Shown here: positions 37,350-50,870 of the stretch, one piece after another | Position numbering within the stretch: the stretch's first letter is position 1 | Layout: every line of letters begins with the position of its first letter | Source of the DNA: Carcharhinus longimanus | Lineage: Eukaryota | Direction of reading: 5' to 3' | NCBI GenBank assembly: GCA_030264375.1 | Contig: JASCQW010000032.1 | Location: 27,842,610 to 27,906,609, forward strand | DNA length: 64,000 nucleotides | The notes under the pieces: model-generated | What the model was told of the DNA's origin: nothing | Seen by the model: only the letters and a program-made list of their open reading frames with translations | Database searches by the model: none | Translations under genes and position numbers: made by a program

Positions 37350-37850
37350 CACTACAGATGTGAGGCTCACTTGCCTGTGGTTCCCATGCTTTTCCCTGCA
37401 GCCCTTTTTAAGCAAAGGCACAACATTTGCCATCCTCCAATCTTTAGGCACCTCACCTGTGATTATTGATGATTCAAATATCTCTGCTAAGGGAACTGCA
37501 GTTTCCTCCCTAGCCTTCATAATGTCCTGGGTTACACTTCATCAGGTCCTGGGGATTTACCTACCTTGGTGCTTTAAGACTTCCAACTCCTCCTTCTCTG
37601 TAATACCTACACTCCTCAAGATATCACTATTCATTTTCCCCAAGTTCTCTAACATCCATGCTTTTCTCAACAGTAAATACTGATGAGAAATATTCATTTA
37701 GGATCTTGTCCATCTCTTGTGGATCTGTACATGGATACCTTGTTGATCCTTAAGAGGCCTTACTTTCTCCCTTGTTAATCTTTTGCCCTTTATGTATTGT
37801 AGAAACTCTTTGGATTCTCCTTCGCCTTATCTGCCAAAACAATCTCGTGT
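37350..37850 (-). mobile_element. CR1 ORF2 remnant in the opposite orientation
   Basis: PLAEIFESSIITGEVPKDWRMANVVPLLKKG. Confidence 0.9.
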
Positions 37851-38199
37851 TCTCTATCATGCATTACATAGAGTACAGTTGTGCACATCTACCTAATTAT
37901 AATATCACTAAGCATGTGTTTCTTTCTACACAGTTATGAAGTTCTCTTTCTAACCAGTAGTATATCAACTCCCCTGTCCTATTATCTCTTGTTAGTACAC
38001 TGAAGCTACAGCTGTGCATGATTTGATGGAGGTGTGATTGTAACTAGGAGTTTTATGGTCCTGATGGTTATCAGGGTCTGCTTTCACCAAGACCTGTGGT
38101 TTTCTCAGTTCTTGTGTGACTGAATTTAGCAGCTTGCAGCATATGTGATTTTAAAACTTGGGTTATTAACCTTTCAACGACCTCCCCTTGATAGAGATT

Positions 38200-38945
38200 A
38201 GGAGATTTAACAAGTTGCTGCCTGGTTTGGAGGGTAGGTCTTATGAGGAAAAGTTGAGGGAGGTGGGGCTTTTCTCTTTAGAGCGGAGGAGGATAAGAGG
38301 TGACTTCATAGAAGTTTATAAGATGAGGGAAATAGAGTGGACGTTCAGAGACTATTTCCTCGGGTGGATGTAGCTGTTACTAGGGGGCGTAACTGTGAGG
38401 TTCATGGTGGGAGATATAGGAGGGATGTCCGAGGTAGATTCTTTACTCAGAGTGGTTGGGGTGTGGAATGCACTGCCTGCTTGATAGTGGAGTCGGACAC
38501 TTTGGGAACTTTCAAGCGGTTATTGGATAGGCACATGGAGCACGCCGGAATGATAGGGAGTGGGATAGCTTGATCTTGGGTTCGGACATAGCTTGGCACA
38601 ACATTGAGGGCCAAAGGGCCTGTACTGTTCTATGTTCTAATCATAGAATCCATTTAGTGCAGGAAAAGGCCAGTTGGCGCACCGAGCTACACCAACAACA
38701 ACCCCACTCAGGTCCTATCCCTGTAACCCCACATGTTTCGTCCAGCCAGTCCCCCTGATACTAAGGGGCAATTTAGCATGGCCAATCAACCAAACGCGCA
38801 CACCTTTTGATTCGATTTGATTTTTTATTGTCACATACATTGGTGTACAGTGAAAAGTATTGTTTCTTGCGAATATACAGACAATGCATACTGTTCATAG
38901 AGTACATAGGGGAGAAGAAAAGGACAGGGTGCAGAATGTAATGTA
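38200..38945. mobile_element. CR1 3' end (+, 38200-38638), SINE (-, 38640-38808) and Rex/Babar tail (-, 38808-38945)
   Basis: [25 protein letters not shown]; catagaatcc; gatttgatt..ttattgtcacat..cagtgaaaagtattg. Confidence 0.8.
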
Positions 38946-39939
38946 ATATTATCCCTGTTGATTATGCAACGGTGCTGAAATGTTAGGAAATATTGTGTTA
39001 AGAGACAAATAGTGAAAGGATGAGTTTAAAATTGCCTGCAGGCTGCACTCTGTGTGGGATCACAGTGTCATTTTAAACTAGCATTTACTGTCTAGTGAAA
39101 TGAGATGTGTTCAATGTTGTTTAGTTTTTAAAAACACAAAAAAATCGAGAACGTGTACTGAATTCTCCTTTAATATTCTGGCATAATTTGTTCACACCAA
39201 GGGTGAACATTGGCAAGAGGTGCGTGAAAGCATTGGGTTCAGGGCATCATTGCTTTGATGGTGACGGGGGGCTCCAGAAATGAAGGTGAGTGCGGGGCCC
39301 CATGAAGTACAAGTCCACCGCTTTTCCTAAATATTAAATTAGTCTTGGTGCAGGTCATAGTTTAGAACACAAATTGCATGAAGACCCAAATTAAGTTATG
39401 TATCGTTCACATTAGCATTTACTGGAATAATGCAACATCTTTGTGGGACATGAAATGATCTATGAGCTTAAGGGCTTTATTTAACCAGTTCCAGAAATTG
39501 GAGATTGCTTATGGGAATTAGGAATGTGCCCAGGTGCTGTTAATTGCTTTTTTCCTGGCAGGAATAGAAAGCTTAGCATGTTCCAGTTCCAATGCTATTT
39601 ATTTACCTGCTCTAAATACTGGTATGAAAGATAGGTAGCATTAGAAGTTTACATAATTATATTTTATGTAATGATGAAAAACTTTCCATCTATCTTCAAC
39701 TACACTGTTTGCAATTCCCTGTTTTATACTAATTAGATTCCATTTCCTACAGAAACTGTATTTGCAATGCACATGTAACCGCACCATAAATACATTTACT
39801 GAGATTCATCATTTCTGTGCAGTCTAGTTTATCATCAATGATTAATAGGATCTCATGTAGGAAATGCTAAATTTATGTCCTTGAGGTGGTCTCGGCTGTC
39901 AAGTTCTCCTCACTTGGATCCAGCCAGCTAATCTTCCTG

Positions 39940-40110
39940 CCCCCTTTACAATGACATAATTCTGTACATTTCTACCTTGCTTCAGTTCTGTAGAATGATC
40001 ATTTACATCCAAACTGTTAACCCTCCTGACCTCCACAGATGCTGCCAGACCAGATCCAGCAATTCCTGCTTTTATTTCAGATTTCTACCATCTGCAGTAT
40101 TTTGCTTCTA
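39940..40110 (+). mobile_element. Penelope-derived short repeat
   Basis: ctccacagatgctgccagacc..ttttatttcagatttc..catctgcagtattttgc. Confidence 0.6.
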
Positions 40111-40206
40111 CCTCTGTTATTCTTCCACTATTTGCATATCCTAAGCAATGCATAAAATATATTCTAAATTACAAAATTACATGGATTATAAAATATCTTG
40201 AGAGTT

Positions 40207-40700
40207 GATTTTTGATTTGTCACATGTGTTAGTACATAGTGAAAAGTATTATTTCTTGCACGCTTAACAGACAAGGCGTACCAGCTATAGAGAAGGAAAG
40301 AGTGCAGAATATACAGTTTTAGCTAGGGTGTGGAGAAAAATCAACTTAATACGAGGTATGTGCATTCAAAAGTCTGATGGCAGCAGGGAAGAAGCTGTTC
40401 TTGAGTCAGTTGGTACGTGCCCTCTCACTTTTGTATCTTTTTCCTGATGGAAAAAGGTGGAAGAGAGAATTTCCAGGATGCATGGGGTCCTTGATTATGC
40501 TGGCTGCCTTTCTGAAGCTTGTGAGTTTACTATCAAATAAATCAGTTGGACTTAAACCTGGTGTTGTCAGACTTCTTTCTGAGGCAGCAGGAAGTGTAGA
40601 CAGAGTCAGTGGATGGGAGTCTGGTTTGAGTCATGGATTGGGCTTTGTTCATGACCTTTTGTAGTTTATTGCAGTCTTGGACAGATGCTGAAGTCTTGTG
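40207..40700 (-). mobile_element. Rex/Babar 3' end containing a 59-bp Penelope-type insertion
   Basis: AQDCNKLQKV..AQS..TRLPSTDSVYTSCC-like peptide; insert 40516-40574 flanked by ctttctga. Confidence 0.75.
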
Positions 40701-40999
40701 CAGACTCCCTTTTCTTCCAGGGGCGACTGAAATAAAGAGATCCAAATAGTCGTTGATTTTTGTTTTGCTAAGATTTTGATGGGGCTATCCTTCTCTGGGG
40801 GCATGCAAACATAATCTCGGGTGCTTGGGATCTGTGCATATAAATAAATAGTAAGTGCCTACACTAGTCTGATTTTTGAGGTCTCAAAAATGTGCCAGAT
40901 TTAAATAATAAAACCTCAATAGACCTGTTCTGTGTTGGATGGGGCTTTCGCCCTGCTGAAGGCTGACCCCCTCACTCTAAGGTGGCATATCCTTACATG

Positions 41000-41250
41000 T
41001 TCAGTATCTGAAATGAAAACAAGGTGTTGGGAGTGTTAGAGCAGGGTGTCAGAGAGGGAATGGTAGCTTCAGAATGCGGACGGTGGGGGATGATGTGTCT
41101 GGTGGTGGCATCACGTTGGCGGTGGAATGTGTTGTCAATACTGACACAGTAAAATTGGACTTTGAGCACTAACTCTGCTTCTGTCTCCGCAGATGCTGCC
41201 AAACCTACTGAGCATTTCCAGCATTTCCTGTCTTGATCTCCAACATAGTT
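41000..41250. mobile_element. Penelope-like fragment with inverted terminal piece
   Basis: gagcagggtgtcagagagggaatgg..ggtggtggcatcacgttgg joined to ctccgcagatgctgccaaacctactgagcatttccagca. Confidence 0.55.
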
Positions 41251-41523
41251 CTGCGGTGAATAGGCCCTTTGCATATCCAGCTTCAGACGCAATTGGATTT
41301 CTGTGGTTATTTGTGGAAAAGAGCCAAAGATGAGGGCACGGAACAGATGTCCGCACCTTTCTGATGGAGCTGGTAAGATATAAAGGAAAGGATGAGCTGT
41401 AAAAGTTGTGGCTCTCCATTAACAAGGATAGTGTTGTCTTTCTTGCTGTAAGTGTTAAAGGAAACATTGTGGAATTTCAGAAATTGGAACTTGCTATGCT
41501 TTGGATGCATGTGTCAAATGTAA

Positions 41524-41845
41524 ACGGTGGCATAGTGGTTAGTACTAGTGCCTCACAGTGCTAAGGACCCAGGTTTGATTCCAGCCTCAGCTCACTGTCT
41601 GTGTGTAGTTCTCCCATTCTCCTCTTGTTTGCAAGGATTTCCTGCGGTTGCTCTAGTTTTCTCCCACACTCCAAAGGCCTGTGGGTTAGGTTGATTTGGC
41701 CATGCTAAATTTTCCCTCAATATCAGATGGATTAACAGGATACGTAAGTGGGGTTACGGGGATAAGGCCTGGGTGGGATTGTTGTTGGTACAGGCTCGTT
41801 GGGCCAAATGTCGTCCTCCTGCACTGTAGAAATTCTATGACTCTA
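41524..41845 (+). mobile_element. HE1-type V-SINE
   Basis: Head, V-domain and tail attctatgactctat. Confidence 0.9.
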
Positions 41846-42141
41846 TTTTTGACTTCCCATTGATCTTAACTCACCAGGGCGTTCAACAATTCTTTTTATT
41901 TTGGAAAATTGGAGAAACGTATGTGGCCACAATCACAAGATTATGATATTGTTATGACTAGCTTCAGATGAGGTTCCCCAAAAGATGTTGATCCAGGCGA
42001 GAACCCTTGATTTGCCACTGCCCGGCTGGCATTGCCCCAAATTGTCACAAACACAGATGAGGGGGTGTGACTGGCTCTATGCTTTTATTCACCCCCCCTG
42101 GCCCCCACCCCCAATCCCACTGCTGGTAGAAACAAATGTTT

Positions 42142-42258
42142 AGGGCTGGATTCTCTGATCTCAGCTGCAGTTGGGATTCTCTAGTCCCACTGCGCCAGAA
42201 TTCTCCATTTACTCTGGTACTGGCAGTGGGATGTGAATGAGCAGAGATTTTCAGTCTT
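42142..42258. mobile_element. Harbinger-type MITE (second subfamily; relatives at 53375-53510 and 56727-56861)
   Basis: gggctggattctctg..cagagattttcagtc. Confidence 0.45.
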
Positions 42259-42639
42259 AATCTAATAGGATTTTCTTTCCCTTGGATACCTTTCCCAAAC
42301 CTTTTTAAAAAGGAGTTGATTTAACTAGTCTTTCTTGAGTTAAGCTCAAATAAGTGTATTTAAGACAAAAAAGTAAAGAGAAATGGTAGAACACATGCAT
42401 CAATGTTCATATAAATTAGAATTAAAAACTGTGTCCAATAGGAAGTAAATATAAATCAAAAGTTATGCGGAGCAGTCCTTGAGTTGAGAGGAATAGATGT
42501 GATTGATACAAATCGATTCCAGTAGCTGATTCTTGCTGCGAATGGTTGATTCTTTGGTTCAGGCATTCTGTGGTTTGGTCAAAAGACTTCAATTCTTTTT
42601 CCAGCTGTGATCTTTGCGAATTCAATCTGGCGTCCACGA

Positions 42640-43202
42640 GTCATAGAATCACAGAATTCCTACGGTGCAGAAGAAGCCATTCAGACCATCGAGTCTGCTC
42701 CCCAACAGAGTATCTTACTCAGACCCTCTCCCCTGCCCTAAACCTGTAACCCCACATGTTCATGTTAGTTAATCCATCTACCCTACACATCTTGTGACAC
42801 CAAGAGGCAGTTTAGCATGGCTTATCCACCTAACCCACATATCTTTGGGGTTGGGAGGGAACTGGAGCACGTGTCATGGGGAAAACATGCAAACTCCACG
42901 TAGACAGTCACCTGATGCCTCAGTTGAACCTGGGTCCCTGGCACGGAGGCAGCAGTGCTAGCCACTGTGCCGCCCTAAACTGTTTGCATGTATTTTTTAT
43001 TCACTTGTGCATTCTTCTATATTTTTCGTTTTACCCTGAATATGGTCCCATGAGTTCTTTCTTGTTTTTCGACGCAGTGTCTTCTTCTGTCATTTGGAAT
43101 GGCATACTTGCCTCAGCACCTAAATTCCCAAGGCCGGAATTGAACCCGGTTCTTTGGAACTGTGAGACAGCAGTGCTAACCACTGTGCCACCATGCCGCC
43201 CA
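42640..43202 (-). mobile_element. HE1-type SINE (42640-42977) plus an isolated head (43130-43202)
   Basis: catagaatcacagaa tail; gcagtgctaaccactgtgccaccatgccgccc. Confidence 0.85.
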
Positions 43203-43593
43203 GGGTCAATCTAGATTCTTTGGATGAGATGGCCATTATGTTACTTTCTTTGGAGTCTGCATCTATTTTTAAATGTAAAACTCATGTCTCTTTTAAAGTT
43301 CAACATTTCTTTGTATAATTCCAAGACTTTTTTCTTCATCATAACAGCTTCCTGTTCATACAACACAGGCTTTTAATTACTGTCAAGCAATTGTAGCAAT
43401 CAGATGGGAAGAGTAGAGTTCTGAATGTGAAGGAGAATGTGCTGCTGAGAGAGATCAGGGATGCTGAACCAAAGAGAATATCTAAAGTAGATTTGAAATT
43501 TCCCACGCCTGTATCCAGACAAACACAACGCCACTAAGATGACATTGTATTTTGTCAAATTATCCTGCTACATTCGATAATACAACTACAACT

Positions 43594-43889
43594 AAGTAAC
43601 ATTCATGCCACACAAATGCCAGGCAATGACCATCACCAATAAGAGACACGCTAACCGCCACCCCTTGACATTCAATGGTGTTACCATCACTGAATTCTCC
43701 ACTGTCAACATTTTTAGGGTTGACTAGAAACTCAATTGAACTCGCCACATGAACACAGTGGCTCTGAGCAGGTCAGAGGCTAGGAATACCGCAGCAAGTA
43801 ACTCACCTCCTCACTCCCCAAAGCCTGTCCACCATCTACAAGGCACAAGTCAGGAGTGTGATGGAATACTCCCCACTTGCCTGGATGGG
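43594..43889 (+). mobile_element. CR1/L2-group LINE fragment
   Basis: VTFMPHKCQAMTI..YKAQVRSVMEYSPLAWM. Confidence 0.8.
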
Positions 43890-43989
43890 NNNNNNNNNNN
43901 NNNNNNNNNNNNNNNNNNNNNNNNNNNNNNNNNNNNNNNNNNNNNNNNNNNNNNNNNNNNNNNNNNNNNNNNNNNNNNNNNNNNNNNNN

Positions 43990-44217
43990 CTAACCTGCAC
44001 ATCTTTGGACATTAAGGGATAATTTAGCATGGCCAATCCACCTAACCTGCACATCTTTGGACATTAAGGGATAATTTAGCATGGCCAATCCACCTAACCT
44101 GCACATCTTTGGACATTAGGGGATAATTTAGCATGGCCAATCCACCTAACCTGCACATCTTTGGACATTAGGGGATAATTTAGCATGGTCAATCCACCTA
44201 ACCTGCACATCTTTGGA
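43990..44217 (-). repeat. 52-bp minisatellite from the SINE V-domain, at least 4.3 copies
   Basis: taacctgcacatctttggacatt starts at 43991, 44043, 44095 and 44147, with a partial unit at 44199. Confidence 0.95.
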
Positions 44218-44419
44218 TAGTAAGGGCGGGTGCCATCATCCCTGAAATGAATGGTTAAATAAAATGTATTGCCTAGATTGAAAAGGATTGCAGGGAAGGC
44301 TAAAGAAATTGGGAAGGAGACTTTGTATGAATATAAAGATTGTCTTTTTCTCATACATTATAGCAGTGGTTAAGTGGAAGTTCACTATGTCCCGTGAAGG
44401 AGCATCCTTAGCACCTAAC

Positions 44420-44635
44420 CTCCACTATTCATCTTCAAATAGTGCCATGGAACATTTTATGCTCGCCTGAGCAGGCAGACAGGTCATCAGTTTATTGAAT
44501 CACAGGTAAACATAGCACCTCCAACAGTGCAGAACCCCCCTCACTGAAGAGACAGCCGAGGCGATGTGTCTTCCTGGAGTTAGGCTTGAAACCATGACCT
44601 TCTGACTAAGGTTTGCGAGCCTTCAATGACCCAAG
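44420..44635 (-). mobile_element. DeuSINE fragment
   Basis: tcttcaaatagtgccatggaac..gcagac..agcacctccaacagtgcag..cttgaaaccatgaccttctgact. Confidence 0.65.
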
Positions 44636-44647
44636 TGACGGCTCCCT

Positions 44648-44925
44648 CATGGTGGCATTGTAGTTAATATTCGCGGGGACCTGGGTTCGATTCTGTTCTT
44701 GGGTCACTGGCTGTGTGGAGTTTGCATGTTCTCCCCATGTCTACGCGTTTCCTGTGGGTGCTCCGGCTTCCTCCCACAGTCTGAAAGACGTGCGGGTTAG
44801 GAGGATTAACCATGCTAAATTGTCCACTATGTTAGTGGGGTTACGGGGTAAGCCTGGGGGGTAGTAGTGGGTGCAGACACGATGGGCTGAATGGCCTCAT
44901 TCTGCACTATAGGGATTCTATGATT
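44648..44925 (+). mobile_element. HE1-type V-SINE
   Basis: gggttcgattc B-box, V-domain and tail. Confidence 0.85.
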
Positions 44926-45219
44926 TGATGAACTACTGCTGTCAGAGGCTAGGCTTGAGTTACAAAAGCTTTTAAGATGTTTATATTAATAGTTGCTGTT
45001 TATCCATCCTCAGAATTGACCTTTCAAATCACTCAGCGGGGCAACTGAGGGATGGGCAAAAAATGCCAGCATTATCAATGATTCCCAGATCCCAAGCGTG
45101 AACTTAAATGAAATGGCCTCGATTTCAATACATGGTCGGGAAACTGATGGCCAGATAATTTCTGGGTTGTGACCTTGTGGTGGAACTCCATCACAACATT
45201 GATGCAAACATCAATCATC

Positions 45220-46140
45220 CAAAGTCCAACTATCTTTAGCGAGTTCAATGACCTTCCTTCCATTGTAAGGTCAGGAGTGGGGATGTTCGCTGATGACTGC
45301 ACAATGTTCTGCATCATTCGCAACTCCTCAGATACTGAAGAAGTTCAGGTCCAAATGCAACAAGATCTGGACAATATCCAAGCTACCCTTGTCCTTAAAG
45401 TCATTGAATTACAGAATCATAGAATCCTACAGTGCAGAAGGAGGCCATTCAGCCCATCGAGTCTGCACCGACCACAATCCCATTCAGGCCCTATCCCTAT
45501 AACCCCATGCATTTATAAGCAACATTCGTGCCACACATGTGCCAGGCAATGACCATCTCCAGCAAAAGCGAACCTATCGCCTCTTGACATTCAATGGCAC
45601 CAAAGACTGTCCACCATCTACAAGGCACAAGTCAGGAGTGTGATGGAATACTCCCCACTTGCCTGGATGGGTGCGGCTCCAACAACACACAAGAAGCTTG
45701 ACACCATCCAGGACAAAGCAGCCTGCTTGATTGCACCACTTCCACAAACATCCACTCCCTCCACTACTGACGCTCAGTAGCAGCAATGTGTATTATCTAC
45801 AAGATGCAGCAATTTACCAAAAATTCTTAGACAGCACCTTCCAAACTCACAACCACTTCCGTCTAGAAGGATAAGGGCAGCAGATACATAGGAACACCAC
45901 CACCTGCATGTTCCCCTCCAAGCCACTCACCGTCCTGACTTGGAAATATATTGCTGTTCCGTCACAGTCGCTGGGTCAAAATCCTAGAATTCCTCCCTAA
46001 AAGCATTGTGGGTCAACCCACAGCACGTGACTGCAGCAATTCAAGATGGCAGCTGACCACCACCTTCTCGAGCAACTAGGGATGGGCAATGAATGCTGGC
46101 CAGCCAGCGATGCCCATGTCCCACGAGTGAATAAAAATAA
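45220..46140 (+). mobile_element. CR1/L2-group LINE 3' part with a SINE tail at 45413-45515
   Basis: NDLPSIVRSGVGMFADDCTMF..QMQQDLDNIQA; tail gcccatgtcccacgagtgaataaaaa. Confidence 0.85.
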
Positions 46141-49100
46141 GATAGAAAATTACAGCTAGATAGAAAATTAGCATTATTCCAAATGGGTGATGATTAGATT
46201 CATTACCATCTACTTCCTGTCAGTTAAAACGGTATTGTTCATACAAGGAAGAATAATGCCAGTCACAATTTGAACTTTTCATTGCGATATGCATAACTGA
46301 GAAGTCTGTCAATAAAAACTTTCGAGCAACGTCACAGATTTCATTTTGGTCTCGTAAAAATCACTGGTGTTTGCGTATGTGGGGCAGAAATAGCTTTAGT
46401 GGGAAAACTAGATGCCTTAGATCAATCGCAAGAAGGGAGTTATTCTTCGCTGTTTCCTTAACCTTCACTATACCCTCTGATAAGCTGCTTCCTAATTTTC
46501 TCCTTCCTTCTACTCCATTCATTCATTTCAGCATCCGTATCTCATTATTATACAATTGTACGTTATTATACAATCTCTTCTGAATGTTGCCCAAGCTTGT
46601 TTGATTAAAAATGTTCAATTATATCAGACAGAGTTAAGTATGGCTCGATGGGCAATTTGAACCAAACAGGTACATTTATGTATAGTCATTGTTAGAATGT
46701 GTGAATTGCTGGTCATCTGTTTCTATGAGCATCATTCACATGTGGCCTCATTATGAGTGATTGACAGAGCTCTATGATAAACTCATGGATTGGATAAGTA
46801 GGGGCTGTTTCACAGCTGATTGATTTACATCTTTTTGAGGATATAATAAGTTATTTCTTTCTTTGAATTACTATTTCAATGCCTTTATGTTTATTTGGAC
46901 AAGATTAACAGATGTGAAGTGAGATGGAACTTCTGCTATTGACACTGTAGTGGCACTGTCTGACACTTTTATAAGGATTAAAAGCAGCAGTTTTTGAAGG
47001 AAAATTTTGAATAGGTACGTTAAACTTGCTGTTGATATATTACCATTCATTCTATGGTGAGTGAGCATGGAGGATATAAATGGAGCATAGAGGTTGCATG
47101 AGTGGCATAGAGATGGCAAGCACAGTGGGTGGGAGGGAATACGGAGATTTGAGGGGTGAGAGCTGGAGATCCTAATTGCACTTACAACAACTGAGATGAC
47201 GTTCCAAGGAACGGAGGCAGGCTTTCTAATCAGCCTGCATTGGCATTTACCCAAGTCCGTGGCCAAACCTGAACTTCTTTCAGGGTGGGCGAGCCCAACG
47301 CAATCCCGTGTCCACTTCCCCAAAGCAAAAGAAATCCCTGTGGGGAACATTTATATGGAGCCGGGTTTGCCAAGGTGGGAGATTTCCTGACTGGAGCATC
47401 CTGTCTCAATGATTTGTTCTGCTTCAAAGAAAGCCATGGCCTGAAGTTATCAGCGTAATATCTAGTTGGTGCTCCGATTAAGCAGTCAACTGTTTGTCTC
47501 ATCGTAAGCTTGCCACAAATAATTGTGTCAGATGCATGTATAGGTGGACAATATCCTTATCATGTTCCATGGCTCAAACATTTTGAAGAAAGTTTACTTA
47601 CGATCTATTTATATCACAACCTGAGTATCAGGGCACCGTCACTTTGTTTTGCTGCAACACTAGAATGATCATATAGATATAGCCTGGTTTCACTGTCAAG
47701 GACCATCTTGACATGAATAAAAATGGGGTGTCAGAAGGAATCTTACTCCACATTAGTGTCAGATCAGACCTTCACACCTGAGTTCCACTTCAAATTTAGC
47801 TTTGAGCAATATGAATGCACCAAAAGATTAATGAACAGTTTTATTTCACTAAAGCATATCCTCATTTCAAAACATCGACTTGGTAATAAATGAAATTCTT
47901 GTCAATCTTTTTTGTGTCACTGTGCCTTGTGAACCAAATTAAAGCACAGAATGCAGGAAAAAAAGCTCCATTTTTATTTATCAGCTAAATATTTCTGTTT
48001 TTCAACTCATTCCTCTGACTCGTGATGCCAGGCTTCTCACAAGGTTGGCAATGGGACTAACTAAAGCTCTGTGGCAGCAAGGCAATACTGAGTCATAATG
48101 GACAGCAGGACCACTGTTTATCAAAATGTCAGAAACAGCGAAACAGCTCGATACCTTTAACAGCACTCTCACAATATGCAATTGGTAATTGGAAAATAAT
48201 TTTTCAGACTTTATTGTTCAAGCGAGTAGCATTTGTGTACATGTTGTACTTTGCAGGTATAAAATCAGTTTCACTACATTGATGTTAATGGAGGAACAGA
48301 AAGGATTGCAATACACTGTGCGACAGTACAAAAAACCCAATGACAATCCACAGTGAACAAAGAATGTTCAGCATGACATGTACTGAATGTATTACAATGG
48401 ATAAACATGCCATCACTTTGACATTAATATTAAGCTGCCGAATGAGTGGTAACTTCACATATTTAACATAACAAAGGTTGTAACTCATACTTTTAAAGAT
48501 TATTTGAGGGGCTGTTGTGATATCTGGATCTGTGGCTCCTCTGTTGTTACAGGCTTGGTGCTAGACTTTCCGCGGTTGTGTGGCATGCAGTGAATATTTT
48601 GACATTCAGCAACCGAGTCATTCTGAGAAATCGATATAGTTTTAAGCATCCTATTATCCATTTGTGTGGTGCGGCTAATAAATCCCACAAGACTATTCAA
48701 CGTAACAGAATAACACAAGTTAATTTGGATTGTTCATTAAAATATGTACTCATGGTGTACATATTAATATACATGCAAATTGGAAACTTTCCAGTAACTA
48801 AATTAAAACATTTGCCTTAACAAACATTGTTAAACCACTTAAGATATTAGCTGAAGGAAAGCAAAAGATTATTTTGCTTACAGTCTGTGGTCCACAGACT
48901 TAGTGTTGAGTGAGAATATTAACATTTTCAGATACTCCAGACACTGGGCGGGGTGAGCCAGCAAGATCAGAAGAGAGCCAAGAAAGCAGGTTCACGTCCA
49001 ATTTCTCACCTCTCGCAACGTTACCGCACTGGAAATCCAGGGAGATCAGCCTGGGCGCGAGGCTGATCCCAGTATTTAAATGCTACGGGGACACTTTGCT

Positions 49101-49834
49101 GAGAGGGATTGCTGTGCACTCTGCAACAGCAATCAGTGTTGGTGAGGGGGTGAATATGACAATGGCACATCATTCCCAGTGGAAGAATTCCAAGTGTTTT
49201 TCAAGTTCAATGACATTCACCATGTGAGGTCAGTACCTTACTACCTGGCATCAAATGATCCAGGTAGGGTGGGCTGGGGTAGGATGGGTCTTGGTTGGAG
49301 CGGGGGGGGGTTGTGATTGGCTATGGAGCTCTGTGGCAGCTGGGGGCATGTTGGCGATTGGCAATGAATGGGCAGAGTGATCAGTGGGGAAGAGGACAAG
49401 ACTGGCATGGTGGGTGTGCAGTGTAGGCTGCAGCGGGCGTTATGGCAGGGAACTCATAGGGAAGGTCATGATGCCCCAGTGCCGGCGACCCTGGTTGCCA
49501 TGGTGGGGTTACAATGCCAATGATGATGTGGGGGGACACTGAGCATGGGGAAGGGGTTGGTGGAGTGGCAGTAAACCTCCCAGTTCACTGGGAGATCTAG
49601 GCACTTGTGCAGTAACATCCAAGCAAAGTTCAGTCAGCTTCACTGGTGAACTTAGCCTCCACCCCCCCAACCCACCCCTCCAAACTGGTGAGAATCAAAC
49701 CTCTGTCCAGAAAAGTGACAGAGTGACAAGAGATTGGATTTTCAAATTTGTCCAAAAAACAGGTCTGAAACACTCCTATTTTCTTGCTTGTGTGACCCTT
49801 AGAATTGTTTTGGTAAGATTGTATGCATTGATTT

Positions 49835-50870
49835 TGTTTATCCATTTATGGGTAATATGTTTCTTATACTAGTAGACACATGCTCCAAGTGGTTAGATGC
49901 GCAGTTGATGAAGTCAACAACAGCCATGGCCACCATTTAGAAGTTAAGGAAGATATTTCAGATCCATGGCATTCGAGAAGTGGTGAATCAGACAATGGCA
50001 CATCATTCCCAGTGGAAGAATTTTCAAGCCCAACAGCATTCACCATGTGAGGTCAGCAATTTACCACCCAGGATCCAATGGGCTGGCAGAGTGGGCAGTA
50101 CAAACACAAAAAAAACCTCAAATATGACCACAAATCATACCAGCTAAGTTTCTGATAGGACCTCATTTAAGAATACCTTTGCACATGATATTTCCAAATT
50201 TGGCTGGGAGAGTAGAGGTTAGGCAAGGCTCCCGGAAGAAAAATAATGGCTAAGGGTAAAAGAACAACGTGTTTGAAGTTGAGGATGCCAGCTTGGTTAT
50301 AAATGTCATGGCAGGCCCGGCATGGGTGGCTAGTAAAATTGAGGAGAAATAGGACCAATGTCATAGAGGAGCAAGACTGCAGGCTTAGGAAACACGTGAA
50401 TCACCTGAGGAAAGCAGTAATGGACACAGGGGAGCCACAGGTGATCCCTGCAGATGGTTCGAGAAGATCAGGTCTGGTTACTGCATTTTCAGTGGAGAAT
50501 GTGGGATTGGAGCAATTGGTGGCTATGGAGACTGCGGAACCTGAAGCTGCCAAAGAGACACTAGATTCTGGATTAATGAGTCTGCATTTTTCATCTGTCC
50601 GGCCTGACTCTTTAAATGTAGAAAATCTTACCGCCAAACTGGCGTTCTATCGGAGCCCAGATGTCTCTGGACCAATCAAACCTTTGATGAGTTTCCAGTG
50701 GTTCTTCCTCATACTTTTTTTTTAATGTAAGAGCCTGTAGTGTATCTTACTAACCCTGTTCTTTGTTTCTACTTGGGAGTATTTCAGATTTTAGGGAGAA
50801 GGAGTTCAGTAGCATGGCCCTTTAAGGAAGGGTGTTTCCCAAGAGCTACATGATTGACGAGGACCCTATG
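49835..50870 (+). mobile_element. Gypsy integrase remnant and probable start of the 3' LTR
   Basis: FMGNMFLILVDTCSKWLD..SDNGTSF..HHVRSAIYHPGSNGLAEWAVQT; RKHVNHLR; cctttaagg motif. Confidence 0.75.

Noticed and set aside
35555-37850. Inverted CR1 pair as a single fold-back element or intact RT gene
   Set aside because: The two arms are clearly diverged copies separated by a gap, and both have stops and frameshifts
43990-44217. Regular repeats resembling a CRISPR array
   Set aside because: Head-to-tail units with no unique spacers, derived from a SINE, with no cas genes, in a vertebrate context
48245-48360. Acceptor-like tactttgcag followed by short frames
   Set aside because: All frames stop within about 33 codons and there is no donor; a terminal exon cannot be supported
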